Positions 9,669 to 26,336 of a DNA stretch of 64,000 nucleotides are shown here, piece by piece; position 1 is the first letter of the stretch, and the number at the start of each line of letters is the position of its first letter. The stretch lies in assembly GCA_965242525.1 (NCBI GenBank), contig OZ251459.1:1792001-1856000 (forward strand), read 5' to 3'. Source of the stretch: an uncultured Candidatus Binatia bacterium (GTDB lineage: Bacteria > Desulfobacterota > Binatia > UBA9968 > JAJDTQ01). Under the pieces are notes generated by a model. It saw only the letters and a list, made by a program, of their open reading frames with translations. It searched no databases and was not told where the DNA came from. Made by a program: the position numbers and the translations under genes.

Positions 9669-11249
9669 TCAGTCCGCGCCGCGGGAAGACGGCAGCCGCC
9701 GGAGCCCCGAGCGCAGGCAACGGCCCGGCGGTCCCAATGCGTCGAAAGGGAAGTTCGCCAGCGCCCAGGGGAGGGATCGGAGACGGGCGAAGGAGGGCGC
9801 GAAAACCAGAGCCGCGGACAGCGCTGCTCCCCAGACCGCGGTCTCCGCGGACAGCGCCGCAACGCCCGGCAGCGCCAGGGCGCGCAACCAGCCCACGGCC
9901 AACCACAGGGCGAGCGCGCTCCAGGCGCCGGCCCACAAGGCCGGCAGCCAGCGTCGCAGTAGCTGCCGCCAGCGCACGCCGAGAAGGGACAACGCAGCCT
10001 GCGCCATGATCAGGTAAGCTGCTGTCTGCGCGCCCGCCATGGCGACGGCCACGCCACTCAAGCCCCACCGGCTCCCGAACCACGCGCCAAGGACCACGAG
10101 AACCGCGTGCGCCCCCTGACGCCAAGTCTCCTGGCGGACGGAGCCAGTCCCGCGGACGGCCGCGACGTTCAGGACGCCGCAGGTCTGGAACGGTATCGCG
10201 AGCGCGAGGACCTGAAGGACCGAAACGGTGGCGTCCCACTGCCCTCCCAGCACCACGGCGACGATCTCGGGGGCGACCACGAGCATCAGGACGCTCAACG
10301 GCAAGGTCGCCAGCGACAACAACTCCATGCAGTGGAGATGGACGAGACGCAACCGGTCGAGCCGCCGCTGCCCCCGGGCCATGGCAGGGAAGGCGACCTC
10401 GAACAGACTGCCGCCCAGGTAGTGGAACGGCAGCGAGGCCAGCCGGTCCGCACGGGTGTAGTAGCCCAGCGACGCGGCGCCCAGCCAGCGGCCGACCACG
10501 AAGCAGCCGCCCATTCGCACGACGGAGTCGAAGACTTGCACCACCGAAAGTCCCGCCCCCGGGAAGAGGATCTCGGCCGATTCGCGGATCGGGAGACGCG
10601 GGCGGACGCGCGGCGGCGCATACAGTGTCACCGCCGTGGTGTAGATCAGCACCCGTACGAGCTCTCCCCATACCAGCGCCCACACCCCGAACCCCCGGAA
10701 CGCAAGCGCCGTCGCGGTCAACCCGTAGCCCGCCAAGTACGACACGAGGTCCGCCGCCATCAACGGCTTGAACCGGAGGCCGCGGCGGAGGAGATGCGCC
10801 GACACGGCCCCGACCCCGACGATGACGAACGCAGCCGCCAGGGCCTGAAGCGGCCGGGTCACCGCGGGCTCGTCGAAGAGCCGGCCGATGAGCGGCGCGA
10901 ACAGCCAGACGGTTGCGGTGATGACGCCGCCGACGGCCACCGAGAGCGTGAAGCCCGCTTCGACGTGACGGTCGGTCAACTCGTCCCGCTGGATGAGCGC
11001 ATGCCCGATGCCCGAGTGGCCGAACCTCACGGCCAACTCCACCAGGATCCAGGCGATGGCGAACAGGCCGAAGTCGCGAGGCTCCAGCAGCCTCGACAGG
11101 GTCGCCAGCACCAGCAACGTCAGCAACGCCTTGCCGACCACCGTCGCGTAGGACCATCCGAGCGCGCCCAGCGTCCGGTGGCCCAGCGGCATGGCGTCTT
11201 GGCCGGCTTCGACCCTCGCTGCGTCCGGGACAGGGGCAGTGGAACACAT
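9669..11249 (-). CDS. Polysaccharide flippase (Wzx/PST family)
   Basis: LSRLLEPRDFGL, ALIQR, GVWALV and LGYYTRA motifs plus many hydrophobic helices. Start uncertain. Confidence 0.85.
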   Translation of the reverse strand: MCSTAPVPDAARVEAGQDAMPLGHRTLGALGWSYATVVGKALLTLLVLATLSRLLEPRDFGLFAIAWILVELAVRFGHSGIGHALIQRDELTDRHVEAGFTLSVAVGGVITATVWLFAPLIGRLFDEPAVTRPLQALAAAFVIVGVGAVSAHLLRRGLRFKPLMAADLVSYLAGYGLTATALAFRGFGVWALVWGELVRVLIYTTAVTLYAPPRVRPRLPIRESAEILFPGAGLSVVQVFDSVVRMGGCFVVGRWLGAASLGYYTRADRLASLPFHYLGGSLFEVAFPAMARGQRRLDRLRLVHLHCMELLSLATLPLSVLMLVVAPEIVAVVLGGQWDATVSVLQVLALAIPFQTCGVLNVAAVRGTGSVRQETWRQGAHAVLVVLGAWFGSRWGLSGVAVAMAGAQTAAYLIMAQAALSLLGVRWRQLLRRWLPALWAGAWSALALWLAVGWLRALALPGVAALSAETAVWGAALSAALVFAPSFARLRSLPWALANFPFDALGPPGRCLRSGLRRLPSSRGAD

Positions 11250-11260
11250 GGTCGGCGTGG

Positions 11261-12667
11261 TCAACCCGTTGCGGAGGGCGGCGCATGGGTCCGAGCGAAC
11301 GTCTGCGGCGTCTCCCGCGTCCGTCCGTCCGGTCCACGCGCCGCATACGACGCCAGGGCACAGGTCACGCCTGCGAGGAAGGAATAGAATCCCAACTGGA
11401 ACAGTTGATACCCCGTCATGCCCTTCAAGACGACGGCGATCGTCCAGCCCACGATGGCGTCCCTGGCCAGCGATTTCGGCGCGGCCCAGCGCAACCGCAG
11501 CAACGAGAACAGGTACAGCAGATATAGACCCAGCGGCACGACACCTGCTTCCCCGAGCAGCAACAGGTACATGTTGTGGACACCCACACGGACCTGTTGC
11601 CATTTGTTGAAAGGGGCGTCATCCATGATGAAGAATCGACCGAGCCCCTGGCCGACGATGGGTGCTTCCAGACTGTTGCGCAGACCCAGTTCCCACAAGT
11701 ATCCTCGGTCCGACAAGACCGCTTGGTCGATCCTTCCGGTCACGAAATTCAGGACGTCGAACACCCTGTCCAGACGTCTCCCTCCCAACGCGATCAACTC
11801 TCTCAAGTCGTCCATATCCAGCCTCTGGAGGACGAGGACGCCTATCAGGGCCATAGCGCCCAGCCCGAGCAGAATGCGACCTCGACCGCGGCGTCCGTTC
11901 AGCAGCACGAAGAAGGCCAGGATCACGCCCAGGGTGAAGATGGCTGTCTTGGAAAACGAACAAAACGCTGCAAGGGAACCGATGGGCAGGGCCAAGTACG
12001 CCAGCACGGGACGCTGGACATTGCCCAGGAACGCCAGCGCCAGCACCACAGTCACGCAACCCAGGAAACCCGCAATGTTCGGCTCCCAGAAAGTACCGAC
12101 GAAGCGCAGGCTGTCCAGGGAATGGAGGAGCTCCCACGGCAGAAGCACGCCCATCCTGCGCAGGGCCGGCGTGAAAACGACGACGGTGCTGCTTGCCGTC
12201 AGCACCAGCAACATCGACCTGAGAAACGCCCGCATCCCCACGCGCTCCAGGGCCGCGTAACCGCCGAGCGCCGCGCTCAGGACCAGGATGAAGGAAATGG
12301 CGGGGTAGCTCACGTAATCGTACAGGCCGAACCCGTACACATGCACGAGCAGCTCGGCGTCGGTGGCAACCGAGACGAAGAAGCCGATCACCAAGTAGGA
12401 CGCCATGGAGCCGAGGAGCCATGCGCCGGACTTCCCCAGCGCCTGCGGCAGGCGGACATGGACCAGACTCATCAGAAGCAGGCAACAGAGGACCCGGAGC
12501 CCGGCGAAAACCAGCATGCCCGTGTTGACTCCCGGCGGAAAGAGACCCCTGGGATTGAGCAGGATGATCACGGCCAGCGACCAGAACGCGGCCGCAGTCA
12601 ACGGATCCAGGGGGGACCCCGGCCGACGCCCTGACCGCTCCATCGCCGCGCTCGCCTGCTCGTCCAC
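11261..12667 (-). CDS. O-antigen ligase/polymerase family membrane protein
   Basis: RFVGTFWEPN, SFSKTA, PIVGQGLG and VHNMYLLLLGEAGVV (Wzy_C-type). Multi-TM. Confidence 0.85.
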   Translation of the reverse strand: MDEQASAAMERSGRRPGSPLDPLTAAAFWSLAVIILLNPRGLFPPGVNTGMLVFAGLRVLCCLLLMSLVHVRLPQALGKSGAWLLGSMASYLVIGFFVSVATDAELLVHVYGFGLYDYVSYPAISFILVLSAALGGYAALERVGMRAFLRSMLLVLTASSTVVVFTPALRRMGVLLPWELLHSLDSLRFVGTFWEPNIAGFLGCVTVVLALAFLGNVQRPVLAYLALPIGSLAAFCSFSKTAIFTLGVILAFFVLLNGRRGRGRILLGLGAMALIGVLVLQRLDMDDLRELIALGGRRLDRVFDVLNFVTGRIDQAVLSDRGYLWELGLRNSLEAPIVGQGLGRFFIMDDAPFNKWQQVRVGVHNMYLLLLGEAGVVPLGLYLLYLFSLLRLRWAAPKSLARDAIVGWTIAVVLKGMTGYQLFQLGFYSFLAGVTCALASYAARGPDGRTRETPQTFARTHAPPSATG

Positions 12668-12724
12668 GTCTGCGTTCCTCGACGATACGTATCCCGCGAT
12701 TCGGCCGTCCCGCCTTTCGGCGAG

Positions 12725-13426
12725 TCAGTCGGACAGCCGCAGCAACGAATCCACCGCGGCCCCGGTGTCCGAGAAGTCGGGCAGGAAGCCGTCGGGCCGC
12801 ATGGCCCGGAGCTCCGCGGCAGGGTGGCGGCCGGTTCCCACCAGCAGGCACCTCATGCCGTTCTCCCGGGCCGCTTCCAGGTCCCTCGGGGTGTCCCCGA
12901 CGATCAGGCAACGCTCGGGGGAGACCGCCGCCTTCCGATGGCGGCGCCACCGTTCCACCGCGATCCCGGGCAGGTCGTTGCGCCGGGCGGAGTCGCTGCC
13001 GAAGGCGCCGGGCCCCAACTGCCCGTCCACGCCCGCGGCCCGGAGCTTCAACCGGGCGGTGACCTCCATGTTGCCGGTGACGACGCCGAGGCGCGCTTGC
13101 GGCCGGCCGCCCAGCTCGCGCACCAGCTCGGGGACGCCGGGAAGCGCGTGCACCCGGGTGGAGCCCTCGGAGATGGCGCGCCGGTAACACGCCTCCAGAT
13201 GGCGGCTGAAGGCCCGCCAGTGCGCGGGGCCGCATTCCACGTTCCGACCGTCGGCCTCGAAGATCTCCTGCAGGATCTGCGGATCGGTCTTGCCGTCCGG
13301 CCGGACCGTGCGGATGTCCCCGGGACAGCCGAAGGTCTCGAGGATGGCCTGGTTGAAGGCGACGTGGCCGTTCCAGGAACGGAGCAGGGTGCCGTCGATG
13401 TCGAAGAAGATGATGCCGCGCCCCAT
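12725..13426 (-). CDS. HAD-superfamily hydrolase
   Basis: FFDIDGTL motif I, VTGN and IVGDTPRD motif IV. Confidence 0.9.
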   Translation of the reverse strand: MGRGIIFFDIDGTLLRSWNGHVAFNQAILETFGCPGDIRTVRPDGKTDPQILQEIFEADGRNVECGPAHWRAFSRHLEACYRRAISEGSTRVHALPGVPELVRELGGRPQARLGVVTGNMEVTARLKLRAAGVDGQLGPGAFGSDSARRNDLPGIAVERWRRHRKAAVSPERCLIVGDTPRDLEAARENGMRCLLVGTGRHPAAELRAMRPDGFLPDFSDTGAAVDSLLRLSD

Positions 13427-13483
13427 GAACCGTGGATTTTATACGCTTGGACCGCTTATGGGAAGGGACGCCGGGCCGGCGGA

Positions 13484-13513
13484 TTGACAAAGCCGCCCGG
13501 GCAGAGTACGAAT
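13484..13513 (+). promoter_or_regulatory. Putative sigma70 promoter for the riboswitch-led operon
   Basis: Perfect TTGACA at 13484-13489 and an imperfect -10 (TACGAAT) 17 nt later, just upstream of the aptamer. Confidence 0.5.
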
Positions 13514-13514
13514 A

Positions 13515-13590
13515 GAGCCGCACAACCGGCGTGTACGTGGATGCAACCGCGGGGGAGTGCCAACTGCCGGACGGCCGAACGCCTGGGTCT
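13515..13590 (+). ncRNA. ZMP/ZTP (pfl) riboswitch aptamer
   Basis: P1 GCAC/GTGC, P2 CGTGG-ATGCAA-CCGCG, GGGGAG junction, P3 GGCC-GAACGCCTG-GGTC. Pseudoknot GGCG (13528-31) pairs with CGCC (13580-83). Lies upstream of serine and purine genes. Confidence 0.88.
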
Positions 13591-13618
13591 CTGTGCCGAA
13601 GAGGTTCAGGCTTTTTTT
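13581..13618 (+). terminator. Intrinsic terminator forming the riboswitch expression platform
   Basis: GCCTGGGTCTCT (13581-92) pairs with AGAGGTTCAGGC (13600-11), followed by T7. It overlaps P3 and the pseudoknot. Confidence 0.85.
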
Positions 13619-13669
13619 CGTTCAGGTCCCGCCGAAGGAAACGATCCGCGCGCCATCGGACGCAACCCC

Positions 13670-14815
13670 ATGATCAAGCAATACCTGCTGTCTCCCGGGC
13701 CGACGCCCATCCCCAACGAAGTGCAGTTGGCCATGGCGCGGACCATGATCCACCACCGGACGCCGGAGTTCGCGGTCTTCCTAGAGGAGGCGCGCCGGGG
13801 GTTGCGGACCCTGTTCGGCGCCGGCAACGACGTGCTCATCCTGGCCTCTTCCGGCACCGGCGCCATGGAGGCCGCGGTGGCCAACCTCTTCTCGCCGGAC
13901 GAGAAGGTCGTCGTGGTCAACGGCGGCAAGTTCGGCGAGCGGTGGCTGCGCCTGTGCCGCGCGTTCGGCCTCCGGGCGGTGGAGCTCAAGGTGCAGTGGG
14001 GCGCCGCGGTGGAGGTCGGCGCGGTGGAGCAGGCGCTCCGGGAGCACCCGGACGCCGGGGGCGTGCTCGTCCAGGCCAGCGAAACCTCCACCACCACCCT
14101 CCACCCGGTGCGGGAGATCGCGGCCCTGACCCGGGACCGCGGGCCCCTGCTGGTGGTGGACGGCGTGACCGCGGTGGGCGTGGTGCCCGTGCCCATGGAC
14201 GACTGGGGCATCGACGCCCTGGTGACGGGATCCCAGAAAGCCCTCATGCTGCCCCCGGGCTTGGCCTTCATCGGCCTGAGCGACCGGGCCTGGCAAAGGA
14301 CCCGGGAGGCCCACTCCCCGCGCTTCTACTTCGACCTGGAGCTGGAGAGGAAGGGACAGGCGAAGGGGTCCACCGCCTTTACCCCCGCGGTCTCGCTGGT
14401 GTTCGGGCTGTGCGCCGCGCTCGAGCTCATGCGCGAGGAGGGGCTGGAACGGGTCTATGCGCGCCACGAGCGCATGGCGCGGGCCACCAGGGCCGCGGCC
14501 GCGGCCCTGGGTCTCCGGCTCCTGGCCCCGGACAACCCCAGCCCCGCGGCCACCGGCCTCTACGTGCCCGAGGGCGCCGACGGCGAGGCGCTACTCGAGT
14601 ACCTGCGGGCGCGCATGGGGGTCACCTTTGCCGAGGGGCAGGACCACCTGCAGGGGAAAGTCATCCGCATCGCCCACGTGGGCCACATGGGAGCGTTCGA
14701 CGTGGTGGTGGCCGTCGCCGCGCTGGAGATGGCGTTCCGCAAGTTCGGGCTTCCGGTCACCCTGGGCCAGGGCGTGGCCGCGGCGCAGGAAGTCCTGATG
14801 GAAGCGCTGGACTGA
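13670..14815 (+). CDS. Class V PLP aminotransferase (alanine-glyoxylate/serine-pyruvate family), likely SerC-like role
   Basis: LLSPGPTP, HHRTPEF, SSGTGAMEA, ETST and TGSQKALMLPPG. Directly upstream of serA. Confidence 0.9.
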   Translation: MIKQYLLSPGPTPIPNEVQLAMARTMIHHRTPEFAVFLEEARRGLRTLFGAGNDVLILASSGTGAMEAAVANLFSPDEKVVVVNGGKFGERWLRLCRAFGLRAVELKVQWGAAVEVGAVEQALREHPDAGGVLVQASETSTTTLHPVREIAALTRDRGPLLVVDGVTAVGVVPVPMDDWGIDALVTGSQKALMLPPGLAFIGLSDRAWQRTREAHSPRFYFDLELERKGQAKGSTAFTPAVSLVFGLCAALELMREEGLERVYARHERMARATRAAAAALGLRLLAPDNPSPAATGLYVPEGADGEALLEYLRARMGVTFAEGQDHLQGKVIRIAHVGHMGAFDVVVAVAALEMAFRKFGLPVTLGQGVAAAQEVLMEALD

Positions 14816-14895
14816 CGGCCTCGCGGACCCGGTTCGCAACGCCCCTCTCCGCGGGGGACCGTGGAACCGGAACGAAGGAAAGCAGAGGGAATCGC

Positions 14896-19529
<4,634 letters not shown>

Positions 19530-19710
19530 GAACCCATCCGCTAGGGTCGCAGCCTGTTTAGTCCTTTGCCGCGGGGTTTGCAATTGCGGACCCGAATCTT
19601 TGCGAGGGACACGGGTTGTGGTAACCTTGGGATGCGTTTCCCCGGGGCCGGCAGGCTGCCGGTCCCGGCGTTCGGAGCGAGCCGTCCCGGAAACCGCCCG
19701 GAGCAGACGT

Positions 19711-21711
19711 TTGGCGCGCAAGTACGTCCTCAAGAGCACCGACCCCGCCCTGTCACCCGCGGGGCCGGCCATCGCCTACGAGCAGGAGCTCAACGAGGCG
19801 CAACGCCAAGCGGCCCTGTTCCTCGAAGGTCCGCTGCTGGTCATCGCCGGCGCCGGCACCGGCAAGACCCGGACGCTGGTGTATCGGGTGGCCCGGCTCA
19901 TCGAGCGGGGGATCGACCCCCGGTCGATCCTGCTGCTCACCTTCACCCGGCGGGCCGCGGACGAGATGCTTCGGCGCGCGAGCCTGTTGACCGACTCCCG
20001 TTGCGAGCGCATCGCCGGCGGGACCTTCCACTCCTTCGGCAACATGGTGCTGCGGCAGTACGGCCAGCTCCTGGGACTCGCCCCGGGCTTCACCATCATG
20101 GACCGTTCCGACAGCGAGGACGTGATACGGATCCTGCGCGCCCAGATGGGCCTGGACGCCCGGGAGAAGCGCTTTCCCAGGAAGCAGACCATCATGGAGA
20201 TCCTGAGCCTCGCCCGCAACCGGCAGGCGCCCATGCCGGAACTCGTCGAACGCGAGTACTCCCACTTGGCGGACTTCCTGGACGAGCTGGCGGTCATCGA
20301 GGAGCGTTACCGGGACTACAAGCGCGAGAAGTCGCTGCTGGACTACGACGACCTGCTGACCCGGCTGAAGGAGCTCCTGGACTCGCAGGAGGACCTGCGC
20401 CGTCGGCTGTCCGACCGCTTCCGCTTCATCATGGTGGACGAGTACCAGGACACCAACCGCCTCCAGTCGGACATCGTCCGCGGCTTGGCCTGCACCCACG
20501 ACAACGTCATGGCGGTGGGCGACGACGCCCAGAGCATCTACTCGTTCCGCGGCGCCAACTTCCGCAACATCATGGACTTTCCCAACCAGTTCCCGGGGAC
20601 CACCGTCATCGCCCTGGAGGAGAACTACCGCAGCACCCAACCCATCCTGCGGCTCACCAACGAGATCATCGCCCGGGCCGCGGAGGGCTACGAGAAGCGT
20701 CTCTTCAGCCGCAAGGGCAAGGGCGAGGCGCCGCTGCTGGTCCAGGCGGAAAGCGAGCAGATGCAGTCGCGCTTCGTATGCCAGCGCGTGCTGGAGTTGC
20801 GGGAGGAGGGAGTCCCCCTGTGGGACATGGCGGTGCTGTTCCGCTCCAGCTTCCATTCCTTCGACCTGGAGTTCGAGCTCGCGCGGCGCGACATCCCGTT
20901 CGTGAAGCGCGGCGGCTTCCGGTTCATGGAATCGGCGCACATCAAGGACCTGCTGGCGCACCTGCGGGTGGTCAGCAACCCCAGGGACGCGGTGTCCTGG
21001 AACCGGGTGCTGACGCTGCTGGAAGGCGTCGGCCCCAAGATGAGCCGCACGCTCATCGACCGGATCCTGGCCCACGACGACCCGGGCCGCTGCCTGGACC
21101 GGGTGGAGTCCCGCGGCCGGGCGAAGCAGGGGCTCAAGACCCTGGGCCAGGTCCTCGGGGAATGCGCGGAAAAGACCCGTCCCGCGGACATGACCCAGTA
21201 CCTGATGCGATACTACCTTCCCATACTCAAGCAGAAGCACGCCGACGACTACCCCAAGCGGGTCCGGGACCTGGAGCACTTCCAGACCCTCACCGAGCGC
21301 TACCAGAGCGTCGAGCGCCTGTTGACCGACATGGCGTTGGAGCCGCCCTCCGCCAGCGTGGACGACACCCTCGCGGTGGATCCCGACGAAGGCCCCCTGG
21401 TGCTGTCCACCGTGCATTCCGCCAAGGGGCTGGAGTGGCATTCGGTGTTCGTCATCTGGGCCCTGGAAGGGCGGTTCCCTTCCTACTACAACACCAACAG
21501 CCTGGAGGAGCTGGAAGAGGAACGGAGGCTGCTGTACGTGGCGGCCACGCGCGCCAAGGAGAACCTGTTCTTCGCCTATCCCGCGCGCGTGTACGACCAG
21601 TCCCTGGGGATGGTGTTCTCGCGTCCGTCCCAGTTCATCGACGGCATCTCCGAGGAACTGCTGGAGCCCATGCCGCTGGTCCATGAAGACTCGTACTACA
21701 GCCAACTGTAA
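19711..21711 (+). CDS. UvrD/PcrA-family SF1 DNA helicase
   Basis: AGAGTGKT, VDEYQDTN, VGDDAQSIYSFRGA, ENYRS, STVHSAKGLEW and EERRLLYVAATRA. TTG start follows GGAG. Confidence 0.95.
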   Translation: MARKYVLKSTDPALSPAGPAIAYEQELNEAQRQAALFLEGPLLVIAGAGTGKTRTLVYRVARLIERGIDPRSILLLTFTRRAADEMLRRASLLTDSRCERIAGGTFHSFGNMVLRQYGQLLGLAPGFTIMDRSDSEDVIRILRAQMGLDAREKRFPRKQTIMEILSLARNRQAPMPELVEREYSHLADFLDELAVIEERYRDYKREKSLLDYDDLLTRLKELLDSQEDLRRRLSDRFRFIMVDEYQDTNRLQSDIVRGLACTHDNVMAVGDDAQSIYSFRGANFRNIMDFPNQFPGTTVIALEENYRSTQPILRLTNEIIARAAEGYEKRLFSRKGKGEAPLLVQAESEQMQSRFVCQRVLELREEGVPLWDMAVLFRSSFHSFDLEFELARRDIPFVKRGGFRFMESAHIKDLLAHLRVVSNPRDAVSWNRVLTLLEGVGPKMSRTLIDRILAHDDPGRCLDRVESRGRAKQGLKTLGQVLGECAEKTRPADMTQYLMRYYLPILKQKHADDYPKRVRDLEHFQTLTERYQSVERLLTDMALEPPSASVDDTLAVDPDEGPLVLSTVHSAKGLEWHSVFVIWALEGRFPSYYNTNSLEELEEERRLLYVAATRAKENLFFAYPARVYDQSLGMVFSRPSQFIDGISEELLEPMPLVHEDSYYSQL

Positions 21712-21735
21712 CGACGCCGGCGCCGGCCCGTGCGC

Positions 21736-22668
21736 ATGAACCCCATGCAGCGCCTCCTGGCCTGGTTGGCGGAACGCGGCGGACCATCGGCCTCGGCGGC
21801 CCCGGAGCCGCGGCGGCGCGGCTGGGCGAAGACCTTGTACGAGAAGGACACCGAGCACCACCGCATCCGCGTGGAAGAGACCCGGGGACGGCGTTACCTC
21901 TACTTCGACGGCACCCTGCAGAGCTCCATGGACCTGAGGGACCCCACCTCGCTGGAGTTGCTCTACTCCCGCTTCGCCTCCCTGGCGCTGGTGCTCAAGC
22001 CGGACCCGGCCAAGGCGTTGATCATCGGCCTCGGCGGCGCGTCCATGGCCAAGAAGTACCACAAGGAGTTCCCGGAGATGGAGATCGACTCCATCGAGAT
22101 CGACCCCCACGTGGTGGAGGTGGCCCGCGAGTTCTTCCATTTCGAGGAGGACCCGAACCAGCGGGTCCACCGCGGGGACGGCCGCGAGTTCCTCGCCCGG
22201 ACCGGCCGCCGCTTCGACCTGATACTGCTGGACGCCTACTACGCGGACAACGTGCCCTTCCACCTGGTCACGCGCGAGTTCTTCGCCACCGCCCGGCGCA
22301 AGCTGACCCCCGAGGGAGTGCTGGCGGCCAACCTCATCGGATCGCTGCGCGGCTGCGACAGCACCATGATCCGCGCCGCCATCAAGACCCTGGAGAGCGT
22401 GTTCCCGCAACTCTACACCTTTCCCACGTTCGGCAACCGCGGCTACGTCCTGAGCGAGATCCAGAACGTGGTCGTGTTGGCCAGCAACTCCCCGGACCGC
22501 GTGAGCGCGAAGGAGATGGAACGGCGGGCGCGCCGGCTGGACCGGGACCTCTTTCCCAAGCCGTCCAGCAAGATCCGGAAGTCCTGTTACAACGGCCCGC
22601 TGGAGCAGGACGACGTGGAGGTCCTCACCGATGACGACGCGCCGGCTGACAACCGGGTTCGTCTTTAG
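21736..22668 (+). CDS. Spermidine synthase-like SAM-dependent transferase
   Basis: IIGLGGAS, IEIDP, DGREFL and DLILLDAY...PFHLVTREFF. Confidence 0.8.
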   Translation: MNPMQRLLAWLAERGGPSASAAPEPRRRGWAKTLYEKDTEHHRIRVEETRGRRYLYFDGTLQSSMDLRDPTSLELLYSRFASLALVLKPDPAKALIIGLGGASMAKKYHKEFPEMEIDSIEIDPHVVEVAREFFHFEEDPNQRVHRGDGREFLARTGRRFDLILLDAYYADNVPFHLVTREFFATARRKLTPEGVLAANLIGSLRGCDSTMIRAAIKTLESVFPQLYTFPTFGNRGYVLSEIQNVVVLASNSPDRVSAKEMERRARRLDRDLFPKPSSKIRKSCYNGPLEQDDVEVLTDDDAPADNRVRL

Positions 22669-23350
22669 CGCCTTGCTGGCCGCGGGCTGCGTTGCCGACC
22701 CGCCGGGCCGGGGGGCCGGGCCGGTGCGGGTGGTGCGGGTCAAGCTCGTGGCCGACCCGGCACTGCGAAGGACCGACCCGCGTTGGCGCGACACCGCCCG
22801 GGGCCTGCTGGAAGCCGCGTCGGACTACTACGAGGCGGCCTTCGGCATCCGGCTGGCGCCCCAGTCGGTGGAGCCCTGGCGCGTGGAGGGAACCACCACG
22901 TCCTCGGTCACCCTGATGAAACGCCTGAAGCGCTCGTACCCCCGGGCCGGCGGCAGCCTGCCCCACGACGTGGTCATCGGGTTGACCCGGCAGCCCCTCG
23001 ACTACTACCGGGGCGGACGCGCCCGGGCGGACCGCTTCGGCAACTGCGCCGAAGGACTGGGAAACTACATCGTGAGCCACGTGGGCGACTCCCTTGCGTA
23101 CGATGACGGCGAGCTGACCCACGACGCCGCGGCGCTGATCCACGAGATGGGGCACCTGTTCGGCGCCGTGCACACGGACGACCCGGCCTCGGTGATGCAC
23201 CGGGACTTCGATCTGAGGACCGGGTTCGACGCGCCGAACCGGGCCATCGTCACGGCGAACCGCCTGTGCCCCTTCGCCGAGCCCCACCGGGGCCGGGGGA
23301 CGGGCTCCGCCAGGAGGCCCGCAGCCGAGCCCGCGGCCGGGCGACGGTGA
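22631..23350 (+). CDS. Zinc metalloprotease lipoprotein (metzincin-like)
   Basis: Lipobox LAAGC, HEMGHLFGAVH zinc motif and SVM Met-turn. Confidence 0.75.
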   Translation: MTTRRLTTGFVFSALLAAGCVADPPGRGAGPVRVVRVKLVADPALRRTDPRWRDTARGLLEAASDYYEAAFGIRLAPQSVEPWRVEGTTTSSVTLMKRLKRSYPRAGGSLPHDVVIGLTRQPLDYYRGGRARADRFGNCAEGLGNYIVSHVGDSLAYDDGELTHDAAALIHEMGHLFGAVHTDDPASVMHRDFDLRTGFDAPNRAIVTANRLCPFAEPHRGRGTGSARRPAAEPAAGRR

Positions 23351-23353
23351 CGC

Positions 23354-25312
<1,959 letters not shown>

Positions 25313-25537
25313 CGAGGGGTGGGCGTCTGCGGAGCAACGACGTCGTGGTCCCTTCCGTTCCTGCCTTGCCCACACGAAAGCCGGAAGAGCCGCAAAAGTC
25401 ATGTGTTGACGAACCCCGGAGTGTGCTAAAACAGGCAACGTAGCCGTCTCCGCCGCGTCCGGTGTCCGCACGCCTGCAAGCGATGGCTAGAACGGAGAGT
25501 ATCCCGGCTCCGCACGCGGAGACCCGCGAGGAGGTCC

Positions 25538-26092
25538 ATGATGTCAACCCAGCCTCAACCCCGTTCGTTCACTTATCGAGACTACCTGGACACCCCGGAC
25601 GACGTGCGCTACCAACTCATCGAAGGGGATCTGGTACGGGAGCCGGCGCCGACGACGACACACCAGACGGTCCTGGTCAACCTGGCCGTTCTGCTCGCAC
25701 CGTTCGTCAAGGGCAACGGCTTGGGCAGAGTGTTCGCCGCCCCCACGGACGTATATCTTTCGGACACCAACGTGGTGCAGCCGGACGTGCTGTTCGTGTC
25801 CGCAGCGCGGGCGCACCTCATCACCGAACGCGACGTCCACGGCGCCCCGGACCTGGCCATCGAGATCGCCTCGCCCTCCACCGAGCGGCGCGACCGCCAG
25901 GTCAAGCGGGAAATCTACGCCCGCCACGGAGTGTCCGAATACTGGCTGGTCCACCCCGTGGACCGGACCGTGGAGACCTTCCGACTGGAGAACGGCCGGT
26001 TCGCGGCCGCCGGAAGCTACCGCGGGACCGACGCCTTCACGACGCCGCTCCTTCCCGGACTGCGCATCGAACTGGACGCAGTGTTCGGATGA
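25538..26092 (+). CDS. Uma2 family endonuclease-fold protein
   Basis: YQLIEG, VQPDVLFV, APDLAIEIASPST and YARHGVSEYWLVHP. Confidence 0.9.
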   Translation: MMSTQPQPRSFTYRDYLDTPDDVRYQLIEGDLVREPAPTTTHQTVLVNLAVLLAPFVKGNGLGRVFAAPTDVYLSDTNVVQPDVLFVSAARAHLITERDVHGAPDLAIEIASPSTERRDRQVKREIYARHGVSEYWLVHPVDRTVETFRLENGRFAAAGSYRGTDAFTTPLLPGLRIELDAVFG

Positions 26093-26113
26093 TCGTGAAC
26101 GGATGGTGACGAC

Positions 26114-26314
26114 ATGGCGACGAAGCTCTCCATCGATCCGGAGTTGCTCGACAAGGCGATGAAGGTCGGCGGCGAGAAGACGAAGACGGCAACGGTCCAC
26201 CGCGCCTTGCAGGGATTCATCGCGCGACGGGAACGGAAGCGGCTGTCGGATCTCTTCGGGAAACTGGATTGGGACCACGAGTTCGACTACAGGCGTGAAC
26301 GGGACCGAGGGTGA
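26114..26314 (+). CDS. VapB-family type II antitoxin (orphan)
   Basis: MATKLSIDPELL...GGEKTKTATVHRAL...LFGKLDWD pattern. No PIN toxin follows. Confidence 0.75.
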   Translation: MATKLSIDPELLDKAMKVGGEKTKTATVHRALQGFIARRERKRLSDLFGKLDWDHEFDYRRERDRG

Positions 26315-26336
26315 CTCCGGCGGCCGGGGTGGGTTC

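Noticed and set aside
12824-14895. Long N-terminal extensions of the aminotransferase and serA ORFs
   Set aside because: They cross the divergent HAD gene, the riboswitch or the upstream CDS. Family homology starts at 13670 and 14896.
19711-21711. UvrD helicase as part of an anti-phage system such as Gabija
   Set aside because: No adjacent nuclease or ATPase partner, and it looks like a housekeeping SF1 helicase.
19753-22794. Very long antisense ORFs (also 14560-16845, 45022-47964, 55368-58307 and others)
   Set aside because: They shadow well-supported genes on the opposite strand, lack motifs, and are expected in high-GC DNA.
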